Part shown: in pieces, positions 45,104 through 57,700 of the stretch | Position numbering within the stretch: position 1 is the first letter of the stretch | How the letters are laid out: each line of letters opens with the position of its first letter | From: Orbicella franksi | Lineage: Eukaryota | Length of the DNA stretch: 64,000 nt | Direction: 5' to 3' | Assembly (NCBI GenBank): GCA_964199315.1 | Contig: OZ116700.1 | Span: 3,472,001-3,536,000 of the forward strand | Made by a program: the position numbers and the translations under genes | The notes under the pieces: model-generated | The model's input: only the letters and a program-made list of their open reading frames with translations | What the model was told of the DNA's origin: nothing | Database searches by the model: none

Positions 45104-48005
45104 AAAGAAACTGCATTTAACGAATGCAGGTGCTCAAATATATCAGTAAATTTTCGATCAAAAATCCTTTACGTGCTCATTTAAAAATTTGTAGACTTTT
45201 TTCACGTTCGAAGTCAAAAACTGTCTCCGTATGTTTACGTTTTTGTCGTAGTTTCGCGATTCAAATTAATGCCGGGCATGCATAGAACACGTCACTAGCT
45301 AGTCGGGTTCATCTTATTTACGTCACAGATTGCCGCCGGGCAAATGCAAACAGTCACGGCACACGCAAATCATGCTAAAACTCACGGGTGCTCTGTTTGC
45401 TCCGGCATCGAACTCAATTAACTTTGGAAGTGTGTTTTTTTCTTTCTTTGGGTAACATAAATATTTAAGTGCAAGGAATTTCGGAAACGATTATACTGCA
45501 TATTCCTGTTAATGGCCTGATTATATATTCAAACACCTTGTTTACACACCCGCAAATATAAGGGGATCATCAATCTTTCCGCTCGCGTTTGACAAGTACA
45601 TGCAAAGAACTCTTCCCAGACCCTGCGTCACGCAAACAAACACGGAATCAGAAACAAGATCTAAACCTCGGAAGCTGGAAAGATTTTTGGTTAGACATAA
45701 AAAATAGATATCAAAGAGTGAAAAGCAACGGCGGAGTTATCTGCCAGCAACTACACGAAATAATCGCTCAAAATATTGAAAAAATTGGGAGCACCAGTAT
45801 TTACAATAACACACAACACTGTTAGGTCTATTAGAAGGGAGAGCGTTGTTGAAAACTTTCATGAGCTATACAGCGGAAAAGGAACGCTTCTCAGCTTCCT
45901 TAAACGGGATTGCGTTTTACAGCGGCCGACCGAACGCAAATCGCGCTTTATTTTTGCTGATAAAAATGTCTGGACCAGGACTTCTAGAACAAATGATATG
46001 TTATTGATCGTATTTAGTATTTTCTATTTGCTCAGTACACGCGTGCATTTCCCTGGAAAGTCCAAGTTCATCGTTTTCGTACTGATCGCACTAAGTGCCA
46101 TTTTCCTTGAGATAAACAGCACGTTGCTCACGTGCACAAGTACAACAGAGAAGTTGAGGACAAAAGAGTGCTTAACAACAGCTTCCCCAATTTGACCCCA
46201 CCGTCAACCTTTACACTTCAGCTAGAGTTCGCACGTGATATCCGTCATTTTCCACTCACGGACCCCGAAAAAAAACAAAAAAACCCGCCACTCCAATACG
46301 AGAGAGTGACCTTGTTTGTGCACGCTGAAAACACGAGCAAAAACCATTCTGTACAATCTAAATGGTTCAAAAACATTTTTTGCCCATTATAATTGCAGCT
46401 ACAGCTGCAACTTGCAACTTCGAGAGCTGCAACTTCGAGCCGAGGCAAAGAAAAAATGAAATCGACTAAGTGCCTTGATTTTGCGTGCAATGACTCATTA
46501 AAATAAAAAGTTTTATCTTTGGGTGTCAAATATTCTGCTTATTTTCAAAATTGTCTCTTGGGTCACGAGAGTCAGCATATAAAGAATTGTTTGTGTGTGT
46601 GTTATCTGCGTATACACGCCTAGCGCCTGGATCTGGCCGCCCGCGTGCGCGAGCTCATGTCAGACACACCTACTGAGCCCCCGTTTCAAACTCCATAAAT
46701 CGTCCAATTACGGTTTTAAAGTTTCTTTTCGCCAACATAATACTACGAGAAGTTTAAGACATGATTCACGAACGCCGTCATCGCTTACTCCGCAAACGAA
46801 CAATCATAAATGTACATGTCATGTTAATTCAATAAGCCATTTCCGTTCCCGGGGTGTCACGCAACGAAACAAGGAAAGCGTAGCACAACAAGGAAGAGCT
46901 CATCGAAAATCTAGAGTTGAAATATCTCCAGATTGTTTCCTTCTTGGTTTATTCGTCAGAAAAAAGAAATTGCATAAGAAAAGACTCCCCAGCAGCACGA
47001 CATTTTATTGTTAGTCGATTTGGAGCGTTTCTTTAAGACAGTCTCGTGGGAAAATCGCGTGATTTAAGTGATGCGGCATTGAAAAGTCAGCTGACGTTCT
47101 AAAATCTGTTAACACAAATTATGTAACGCTTACGTAACACTCGGATTTGCATCGAATGTGCATAGATTTTTAATGAGCTGTTTTTACAACGTGACTTGAA
47201 TTTCTGACCACTTTGGCTAACATAATTCTAGGAACTCTTAGAAAGGGAAATCCCCTCTTTCACTAAAACCGGACGTTTAATATATATTTGTGAGCGATCC
47301 AAGAAGTGAAATGGACAGCGGTCGTGCAATTCTGAGTTTCTTCCTGGAGTTGTTTTAGTGCCAGTTGTATTAAAATTATAAAATGGGACTTCGTAATAAA
47401 AAATGTCTAGACCGCCAATACTACCAAAATATTTTATCCCCAAAAATTACCCTAGGACACTTTGGCAATTATTTTTAGCCAGTGATGAATTCGGAAAAGT
47501 TCCCGGGATATTGTAAAATAACTCAAGGCCAAAAATAGGATATCGCGGTGGGGGAAGTATAAAAATTGACCCTTTTTCTCAAGATACATTTTATAATTGA
47601 AGTGCTATATTTCACGCATACATATTTGAAATCGCATAATTAAAAATTTGGCTTAGTTGTGCCATAAAAGGTTTCTGATAACCTTCATGACTGTTAAGAT
47701 ATTAAAATTTATCGACGACTGCTTCGACAGTAGAGACAATTGCGGGGGTTTTCAATGCCAAATTTCATAAAAAATTCTTACTCAGTCTTCCGATCTAATT
47801 ATACTCGAATGGATCGTGAGCAGAAATGATTCTAGCCTTTTACGCACGGCTATTTTTCCTCGCGCCTCGGAAGTAGAGCTGGTAGAGCTGAATAAAGACC
47901 AATTTAGAACGATCTTAAACACGTCCCTCGCGTGGCAGACCTTGTGTGTTCCCCTTTGGGAAGTCACGTTCGGAGCGCACCGGAAACTTTCTAGAAACCC
48001 TTCTC

Positions 48006-48043
48006 ATTGGTCAGAAATACAATAGGACGTCAGTACGGCCAAT
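48006..48043 (+). promoter_or_regulatory. Paired CCAAT boxes (33 bp apart) with CRE-like GACGTCA in the mos promoter
   Basis: ATTGG at 48006-48010, GACGTCA at about 48026-48032, CCAAT at 48039-48043; about 100-135 bp upstream of the ATG. Confidence 0.5.
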
Positions 48044-48142
48044 CAGAAACGCAGTTGTCGTCTACCGGTGCTCTGTTTCGCGCTCACCCAGATCGAACTT
48101 GGCATTTGTTTATAACCGATTACTTCACTGATTCTTGGTCAT

Positions 48143-49285
48143 ATGAACGTCATTAGTGATCCAGCGAGCGTAGTCCGTATAAAAGTACAACCGAAATATC
48201 GAACTTCATCCTATGCTTATGCAAGCGAGCAAGCAAACATGTTTGACACCTGTAAAGGAGCAGATTTCGAAGAAGTTGGCTTGACTGTGAAACCATTTCA
48301 GTGCAACCGTTGCATTTGTGTTGCTTCAACGAACTTTTCGTGCAAAACGAACAAGTTCGAACTTTGCAGGAACACGAACGAAAGTGCAAGGTGCAGAATT
48401 CAGGCTGCGGAGGCAATCGACAAGGAAATGATTCCAAATAGTGTTTGTGAAATCGGTCGGCCCATCGGATCTGGTGGATTTGGAACTGTTTACGAAGCAA
48501 CATTGGAAGGTAAAAAGCTGGCCGTTAAGAAAATGCACCGAAACGTGAAAAATCCGTGCGCAATGTTCGAAAGTGTCCAAGCAGAGAAATTGGTTCTGCC
48601 GTTGAAACATCCGAACATTGTTCGAACACTGGCTGTTCTTGAGCGAGAAAACTTGCAAGATGTCTGGATTCTTATGGAATTTGCCGGTCACAGGACACTG
48701 CAGGCTATAATTGACGATGATCGAGAAGTTTTGGAAAGCGCTCGAAGGTGGCACTTTGTACGTGACATTGCCTGCGCTCTCAAATTCGTTCACGAGAACG
48801 GTCTTGTTCATTTGGACTTAAAACCTGCAAACGTGATCGTCGATCGTCAAGATCTTTGCAAACTTGGCGATTTTGGGTGTTGTCAGAGCGTTGAGCTGAC
48901 TGCCAAAAACGAACTAGCGTTGCCACCCAGCCCATCACCAAGCCCTAAAAGCTTGCTGACTGGTACGTTCGCTTACAGGGCGCCAGAATTGTTAAAAGGC
49001 GAGCTACCGAGCGTAAGAGCGGACATGTACTCGCTTGGGATCTGCCTGTGGCAGATGCTTTTTCGGGAACATCCTTATGGACTTGAAAGTCACTTTGTCG
49101 TTATTTTTGGAGTTGTGGCGTATCATTTGCGCCCGTCGCTAGCGAACTTGCCGGCAAGTACTTCAAACGAGCCGGCCACTTCAGCTTACATCGAACTTAT
49201 GAGGTTATTGTGGGACGCGAGCCCGTCTTCTAGACCTAGTGCAGAGGAAGTTTTAGTAACTGTGGACGAAATTGAAACTATGTGA
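48143..49285 (+). CDS. mos: Serine/threonine-protein kinase Mos (intronless MAPKKK, 380 aa)
   Basis: Complete kinase domain in one exon: GSGGFGTV, AVKK, HPNIV, HLDLKPAN, DFGCC, LTGTFAYRAPELLKG, DMYSLG, VVAYHLRP. HLDLKPAN, DFGC, RAPELLKG and VAYxLRP are Mos hallmarks. In-frame TAA upstream at 48113. Confidence 0.93.
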   Translation: MNVISDPASVVRIKVQPKYRTSSYAYASEQANMFDTCKGADFEEVGLTVKPFQCNRCICVASTNFSCKTNKFELCRNTNESARCRIQAAEAIDKEMIPNSVCEIGRPIGSGGFGTVYEATLEGKKLAVKKMHRNVKNPCAMFESVQAEKLVLPLKHPNIVRTLAVLERENLQDVWILMEFAGHRTLQAIIDDDREVLESARRWHFVRDIACALKFVHENGLVHLDLKPANVIVDRQDLCKLGDFGCCQSVELTAKNELALPPSPSPSPKSLLTGTFAYRAPELLKGELPSVRADMYSLGICLWQMLFREHPYGLESHFVVIFGVVAYHLRPSLANLPASTSNEPATSAYIELMRLLWDASPSSRPSAEEVLVTVDEIETM

Positions 49286-50580
49286 TTGCTGTTTCAGCAT
49301 ACTTGTCAACTTGGTCGTCTGCACGTAGGAAACTCTACAGTTACGCATCAGGAATGAAGTGTAAAAAAATGTCTTATACAACAATAGTTTACTATTTATT
49401 TTTCCACAAAAAGCCCCAAAATAACTTAACACGACTTGAACTTGGAATTTTACTTTTTCACTTTGCGGATGTAGAACGAAATTTCAAGGTCAACACATTT
49501 GACCGTTTCGTGTTGAAATTCCGTGTATGTTGTTATATTTTGTAGTGGCTGTCACGACGACACAAAATTTGCATAAATTTGCAAATTTCATTTACGAGGC
49601 AATACAACGCATTTACGTAGTTTGTTCCCGTGAGAAAGAACTGTGAATTGCTTTTAATTCGTAAAAAGTGGCCTTATTCTCAAAATGAACAAAGTTCGGA
49701 AAAGAGTAATCGTGTCAAATATAAAGTTTGTGCTTCCGAAGAATTGCGCGAAAATTTATCGACTTCCGTGACTGGAAACCCAAGTTGGGAAAATTGCTCA
49801 TTACGCGCAGAGTGCTATCTCATCCTGTTGTGGACTACTTTTTGTGGACTACTTTTTGTCGATTGTATACAAAAACGAGATAAGTCTCCTGAAGTTTCCA
49901 TGGAGATTTTAAATGGGAGATCTTGTAATGAGCCTTAAATCGGAGTTCCTTTTTTTCTCCCAGACAAAGTAATCCGTCATTAATTTCAACATTTTTGTAT
50001 AGAAAAATCCCTCCATTAACTACTCTCGTTATCATTGGTGCAATCTTTATATGGTACTTTTTTGGCAACACGACCTTTATGCAGTGAATTTTGGAGTTTT
50101 TTAAATTTTTTTTATATCAAGTTTTGATGACATTTTGTTTTCACTTTTTCTATATTGGCAGTAACTGTGTCTGGCAGGGTCCAAGTCATTGCAATTTGTA
50201 CATAAAAAATTACCACAAAATATTGGAAAATAAGAAAAATAATATTCATATCACATTGTACAAAGATGTAAGTTGTATTTGCAGAGTCAGACTTGAATAG
50301 TTTGTATAATATTGCATGAATATTGTTAATTTATATCATACATGAAAACATTATTGTAGATTTAACAGATTTTATTTATTGAAAAATTAGCTTGAAAATG
50401 AATTAGTACTAGTAGATCATAGATTTGATAGTAAATAATTTAACCAGAACCTCAATAGACAAATGATACTGGATTGACATTGTAAAAACTACAAAATATA
50501 AATATTAACTGTACAGAAATATATAAAGTGAGTTACATTATGTAATGTTACACAATAAAGTGCAGTTGAAAGTGAGAATT
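49286..50580 (+). promoter_or_regulatory. Putative mos 3'UTR with CPE-, Musashi- and Pumilio-type motifs and a PAS
   Basis: TTTTAAT 49652, T8AT 50106-50115, TTTTAT 50370, TGTACATA 50197-50204, ATAGT/ATTAGT at 50297, 50402 and 50428, AATAAA 50554-50559. Confidence 0.5.
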
Positions 50581-51791
50581 TTGTTGCATAATTTTGTCAG
50601 TATATAGTCTAAGATATGTCACAGATCATCTGTCAGATCAAGAAAGATGAAAGCATGCCTTTCCTCACTTGAAAACAGAATCACATGATTAAGCAATCAG
50701 CTCATTGCAGTTGAGTTAAATTAGAATTACGAGTTTCTAATGGAAAAAAAAATTAAATGGCTATCGGGATCTCACAAAGAATACCAGCAACCATACCCTC
50801 CCTATGGAATGTTTCTTGGTTTGAACCACTCCTCCCCTCTTATACTTCATATTTTTCTTTAAAGATGTTTGGGCTTTCAGAGACCCCTACCCCTCATATT
50901 TTCCAGTGACCTTTAATGGGATGGGCATGAATGTTTTCTGCAAACTGATGCTCATTAGGGTAAGATTGGTGCCTTGTAACTTAAGACAAAAACATCCAGC
51001 AGTCAGTTTGTCTGATGCCATCTAAGATCTTTTAGTTTGACTAATGAAACCTGCACATAAAGTGGAGTCATGCAGGAATTCATAGAATGAAGTCATGCTT
51101 CATGGCATCTCACTGCACCACATCCACCACATGTAAAGAATCTGGTTGTTTCCAATGAGTGTTAATTAATCAACAACATTCTTGACTTAACTTCGCTTGA
51201 GATGAAAAACAGTTGGAAAGGGTTAAAGGTTGTGGAATTTCATGCACACTGTCATGTAATTACAATCGTTACTCAGATCAGCAATTCTAATAACCAGGAG
51301 AACATTTTTGACACTGTGACACACATTAAAAAAAAATATATATTATATATCTGGAGTGCATAATTTCAAGTAGTAGGCACAAAAGTGGTCTATACATCTA
51401 ATATGCTGTGTTAAACAAACTTGGGGCCCCCTGATAAAATATGTTACGAAATTTAATAAATGACAAAGCCAATTCAAGATTGATTAATATATTTTTTAAG
51501 ATATATAAACTTTGTTTATTGTTGATGTTTTTATATACAAGACATACACAAACTGATAAAAAAGATTGACTTGAATCTGACTTGCATAAGACAAGAATAA
51601 TTTGTTCCAACATAAGCTTTCAATTTTAGCTAAGAGTGTCATCTGCAACAACTTGATCGTCCACATATCAAATCTAAGGAAAATCGGGACAGATAATGAA
51701 ATGTTAACGGGCATGCCCGCGGGTTTCTACCCGTGGATCTGCCCGCGAAATTAAGGAACTGGGAACTATTGCTGTGCACTTCACAAACAAA

Positions 51792-54700
51792 ATGGCGGAG
51801 ATAGACGACTACTTGGATGACCAACAACAAGTGACTGGTTCTCCTTGCGATGAGATCGACCCAGCAGAACTTTTTGAAAAGCAGGGAAGCTTAGAAGTTG
51901 AACGAATTCGTGGGGATGACAGAGGCTCGGGTTCCGAGTTTGACTCCGAACGAGAGGAACTTGTTGATTTGTCATCGGAGAACGAGTTGTCCGACGGGTT
52001 TCCCTACGGTGTCACTCCGCCAAGAAATGTTAGAAGGCAGAAGGAAAAGTCGAAAAGGGACAAAGAAAAGGTACAAGGGGTTTTCAAGAGCCCTTTGACA
52101 CGCGAATCCAATCCGTCCGAAAGAGCGGAACTGGACAGACGGAAAAAGCGAGGCTCTACTCAGCTGACGACCGAAAGGGCTTTCCAGAGAAAGCTCAAAA
52201 GAGGTAGCATTGATGTGGGATTTGTTGGTATTGATGGTGCCGCTCATGCGCCAGATACTTCAAAATCCTTAGAAATTCCCAGCATCAAGATCGAGTCCAC
52301 AAGCCGATTCATGTCCTTGGAGTGTGTTTCTGAAGATTCGACCGACAGCAATGTGTGCAGGTTTTCAGGTACTGTCCGCACAAAATCAATTTCCATCAAA
52401 GATACCATAACTCGAAGCCATCGGAAAGCCACTCGCTCGGAATCCGATCCCCGTAGCTCGTCATCTCGGAATTACCTCAATCCGTTCTGTCCAGAGGCAC
52501 GAATGGAGTTTTACAGAACATTTTCTTTGCTTATCAAGCTCGGCTCACTTGCTCATAAACAACAAGAGAAGCAGTACGGGGTTAGTAGTGTAGTGGAGAG
52601 TCAAAACTCAGAAGAGAGCAAAAAATACCAGGTGGAGTTGTCAAAAGCACTGTGGTTAGAGTTGCAAGCATGGCATGCGAACAAAACCATGGAAGAACAA
52701 GATCTGCACTTAATACAGGCACGTGCCAATGTAGAGGAGGTGTTGGATGAGGTTGTGAATTTTAAAGTCAAGAAACAGGTTCATGTGAATGCTCAGAAAA
52801 ATGATCCAAGTGGCCATGATGGAAATGGTAATCACATCTTAAGAGATTTGAACTCCAGCAGTGATGACAAGGATGTGCATTGCTCAGACGATGATGATTC
52901 AGAGACATCAGTAAAGCTGTCTTGTCGGAATAATTCATCAATGCACAACTCTTGTGAGAGTAATCAAATAGAACATTCACTGCACTCCCAAGAGACAGAA
53001 GACTCCACAACTGAGGCAAATGGACACTTTTCATCTGAGACAGATGACTTTGTCAATGGTTCTTCTACAAATAGAACAGATTACACATTATTAAAAAGAC
53101 GACTGTCTTTAGATTTACGTCATAGGAACCAGAAACTTCACCCTGATGAAGCTGGCCTTAAACAGGGAAGGGAGACTTTGCCAGAAAAAGCATGTTGCCA
53201 GCTAAAAGCTGCCATTGAACAAGTAACTGATCTCTTTGACAAGATTGAAATGGTGGAAAACCTTTACCCCACTCGTCACTCCTTAGGACAACAACACCCA
53301 AACTACACAAGCAAAGAATTCACAAGAAACTTTGAGACAATGTGCTTGTGGTTGAATGTGACTAGAGAGTTATACCACAAGCTACATTTGATAGCAAAGT
53401 TTGTTGGTGTGAATGTTGCTGAGACAAGCATCTGGCAAGACTGGCTGGATGTTGGTCTTGGAAGACTAGGTACAGTATTAATTAAAAGCACATTAAGGAG
53501 ATAGCACTGTGCATGGTTGCCAGTCACCAGTCTTACAATTCTGTTGTAAAATTCATTGTCAAAAAAAAAAAGCCTTTAATGCAATATAGCCTGAGATGAC
53601 ATTGCCTTTCACTGTTGACATGGCAGTGAATATTTTATGCATCTTTTGATTTCATTCTCAAGTGAAGCTGTTCTCTCCTTGAAGCTGTAACTGTTTGAAG
53701 AAAGAAAGAGACTTGCTGATTTATATCCTTTGGTCACACACCAAAATTTTTGATGAATTCTTTCTTACAAGTTAGTTTTCTTACAGTATACACTGGTGCT
53801 TTCAATAAGACCTGACACTCTCTAGAACTCTGGTTGGTATTTTGTTGTAAATTGTCAGCTACATGTATAGTGTTTGCAGTTTTCAAAAATTGGCCTGCTA
53901 ATTGTAAAGGAAGTTGTTGCAGGCCTCTTTTATAGCTCTCTGATGGGTGCTGTACCAGGAAAGCCACCTAAGTATGTTGGATTCCCTCAATTTTTTGAAT
54001 TCTCACAATAACTCAAACCAAAAGTTGTTTCCCTCCCCTCAGTCAAACACTGTATAATTACCTCAGATTTCTTGAAACAACCAAATTTTTCAAACTAGTT
54101 TTTGTTTTCCTCTGAGATTGAAAAAAGAATCGAGATTCTAGTGTACTTTGAATCTTATTGAAAGAACTATAAATACATTTAGGCTCATTATGTCTTAATG
54201 AAATGCAATGACTTTTCAGTTAGCATATAATAATAACTTTACTTTGATATTGTTTTATGCAGAAAGTGTGTGTCCTGCATCTGATCTGAACCATGAAGAT
54301 ATTGATGAAACATTCTTCTCATCATCTGACAATGATGAAGGTGATGATAGTGCTGATGATGATGACATTCATGCAGAGAGTCAAAACGAGAGAGGTGAAA
54401 ATGAGGGGCCATCTAATGGTGTACCCTCATCCCCTGTAAGAACAGTCTCATACGAGTCTCAAACCAGTACTCCTGTGAGACCCTCAAGGACAAGCAGCAA
54501 CATGTCAAACTTTGTGTGGAGCTCCACCTCAAGATACAGACCATTTGTCGACCACAGCATAAAAAAGATGGGGTTGATTAAACTTGGAAAGAGACTAGAT
54601 AATATCTTGGACACTAGTATGATGAAAGCTAAACAAGCATTAGCTCTTCCAGGCAATAGCTGTGAGGATGATGAGTGCCAGTGTTGTGAACCTGGTGTGT

Positions 54701-57700
54701 TTCAGAAAAGACAGTGGTCTGTCAATTATTTGGAGGCACTTTTGAATGGAGAAGGAGCTGAACAAGCAGCTTGCTGTAGCTGCCATCCCCACAGCTTTAA
54801 AACAATGTGTCATGGAGGAGAGAATTCAGAACAAAGGACGTGGAGTGATGAGTTCAAGAAGGCTGGTCTACCTTCATTCCGCTCACTGTATCTGTTTTTG
54901 TCCCGTGTTCCACTGGACATAGTGCATGAATGTCTGCGATTGAGACTACAGCATCGACCGAAAGGAGAGCCATCATCTTTGAGTGTGAGACAGGTAAACA
55001 TACACATAGGTACATGTAGTTTGCCTTAGAGAGGGATGAAGTGTACTTATGTTGTACTAAGCATGCACAGTGCATTCACTAAAAAAATGCTGAATCAGTG
55101 GGAGCTGTTGATGTATTGATTATGCAGTCAAAGAGAATTTATGTTTTGATATTCACTATAACAACTGATTTTGCTCAGTTCTCCTAGCACAGTATAAGAA
55201 ATTATTGTATTAAATTATAAGAAATAGAAACGATTTTAACTGATTTTAGCATCCAAGTTTCTATCACATGGAAAAATTCCAAAAAGCCTTGGAAACACTT
55301 GCATACAGCTCATGTTCCTACAGTGTAAATGTACATGTACATCATTTCTTGTGTCTCAGTCTACAATTTCATAGGAAGTGCAAACGCACAGTTAACCAAA
55401 AATTGTCATTGCAAGCATAGTGTGGGCTAACTTATGACTACAGGCTAGGGCTATATAAAAACATTGGCTTCAATATTAAAATTTTGCTGTTAAAGAGTTA
55501 ATACAATGTAATTCAGTACTCACTGAGCCATCCTTCACTGGCTCAAAGTGTGAAATTCATACCTTCTTGTGTATCTACATAGCTGTTGCGAGAATGCAAG
55601 GATGTGTTGTTAGGTGGCGTTCTTGTCAAAGACTACTATCTCGATCTTGTGGATGGAATTGCAAACACAGAAGACTTGAGCAAGGAAATCACAGAAAGTG
55701 ATATTGAGGGGTTTGAACAGGATCTCCAGAGTTTGCTTGAGGTAATAGAGACTTGATTGTTACATGTGAAATAAAGTCGTTTTTACTGTAATTATTCTGA
55801 CTAGTTGATAATTATCAGCAGCAGCTTGGCAGGTTAGATCACAGGCGTCCCATGCTCACGTCTCGAGAAGAGCGTAAAATGAATTAATTCTAGGACATGT
55901 ATGTACTTATTCATGAAAATGTCACGCGTGCGTTGCGTGAGTCCAGGCTGGATTCCTAGTGAGTCTTAACTGTCTCAGTGTTATGTTACACAAGGAGCCC
56001 TTGAGAATTTGAATGCTTTATAAGGGATTGTACCTGTATGGGCAACAAAATATGGTCGATTTAGAACACTCAATATTCCGGTTAATAAAAGATTAATAAA
56101 ACTTGCTCATTTCTTGTGTGTCCATTGTGACTTTTTGTGATCTCTGCCATTTTGAGCCTTCTTTGCCATCACTGTTATTCCCTTCATAAGACTAAGTCAA
56201 GGCTTCAAGTATTTCAAACACAGATGTGGTAGTTTAAATGGAGAATAATACATGGGCATGCTTAGATATGGAATTTCTCTTCACATGTTCATCTCGATGT
56301 TTCATGAGTGAACGCAGCAAACAAGTGAGATATAATTAAGTTGAACAGGAGAAGAGAAATTCAGTAACTACAAGCAACCACGTATTATTTTGTTTATTTA
56401 TTAACATACTAAAAACAACGTTTCTGACGATTTTCCGAAGATTTCCAACCACTTTCTGAAGTTTTTCAAAGATTTTCCATTGCTCTTTTGATGATCCACA
56501 GCCCAGTTCTCAAAAACATACAAACATGTATGATCCCAACCTCAAAAATGCTGATTTTTTTGAACATTTTTTTGTAAAAAACCTTAAACAACATGCCAGA
56601 TCTCTCATCCTCTTATCCCCCCCCCCCCCCCCTTCCAAACCCTTCACAAAAAAAGTCACCAATATAGGAGTGAAGGTACAATGTATCATCCTTCTTATCC
56701 TGGAGATTTGTGGTACACTCTCATTGACTGTTAGCCCAGGAGAGGTGAAACATATCCAGAATTCAATTATTGGTGTAACTTCGTAGAAAAATGTTTTGTG
56801 ATCTACGCACTGGGAGTTTTTCTGATTTAAAATGCACTCCACCTTGTTGCTTTCACAAAAATTAATTTCCCCCCTTTTGTCCTTATAGGTTTATTTTGAA
56901 TACTTGCACAATGTGATTCATCTAGTTCAGAGACTTCCCCAGGCATCTAAGGGATTAAAGAACATTCTTGAAGAAGAATGGAACTTTGTGAAGAAACACT
57001 GTCGTCACATCAGAGGTGGTGAGGTGGAAGGAGGAACAAGATTTTGGTGAGGGGATATATTTCCTGAATGTAATGGTGTACATTTGTGTGGATAGTTGGT
57101 CAGACTTGAAAGATTGAAAAGGAATATTAGACATAATTGAACAATATTTATCGCTGAATGATGTTTTTTTAATTTGTATAATAATCAAGGACACTGTAAG
57201 TTTACTTTATGAGCCAAAAGTAACAGCTGAGGCTGATAACACTGACCAAAACCTAGCAGAGCGTTCACATGCACTGATGTAGACTCGTTTAAGCCACTAA
57301 CAATTGAAAGTAACCTTCATTTAGTGACCACAGTGTGTAGTTCCAGAAGGCATGGTGGCCTCATGGCTAGTGCACTCACCTCTAGATCAAACAGTCAGGG
57401 TTCAAGCCCAGGCCAGGGACATTGTGTTGTGTTCTTAAGCAAGAGACTTTACTGGATCAAAGTGCCTCTCTCCACCAACATGTATAAATGTGTACCGGCA
57501 AATTTAATGCTAGGGGGTGACCCTGTGATGGACTAGCATTTCATCCAGGGGGGGGGGGGGGGAGAGTATAAATACTACTGAACCCGAGATAAGCTCCAGC
57601 CTGATGGGTCACTTGGCTCGTAAGCAAACCTTATCTTATTTACATGTACCATTTGCAGTTACTGAAATTATCCATAGTCCCACTCCAAGGAAAGCTAACC

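Noticed and set aside
45776-47014. 139-aa ORFs at 45776 and 46595 (also 26678, 30788, 33747, 41148)
   Set aside because: Non-ATG or weak starts, no domain motifs, no splice context; several overlap repeats.
47245-47254. NF-kB site GGGAAATCCC upstream of mos
   Set aside because: A single 10-mer about 900 bp upstream; plausible by chance without conservation data.
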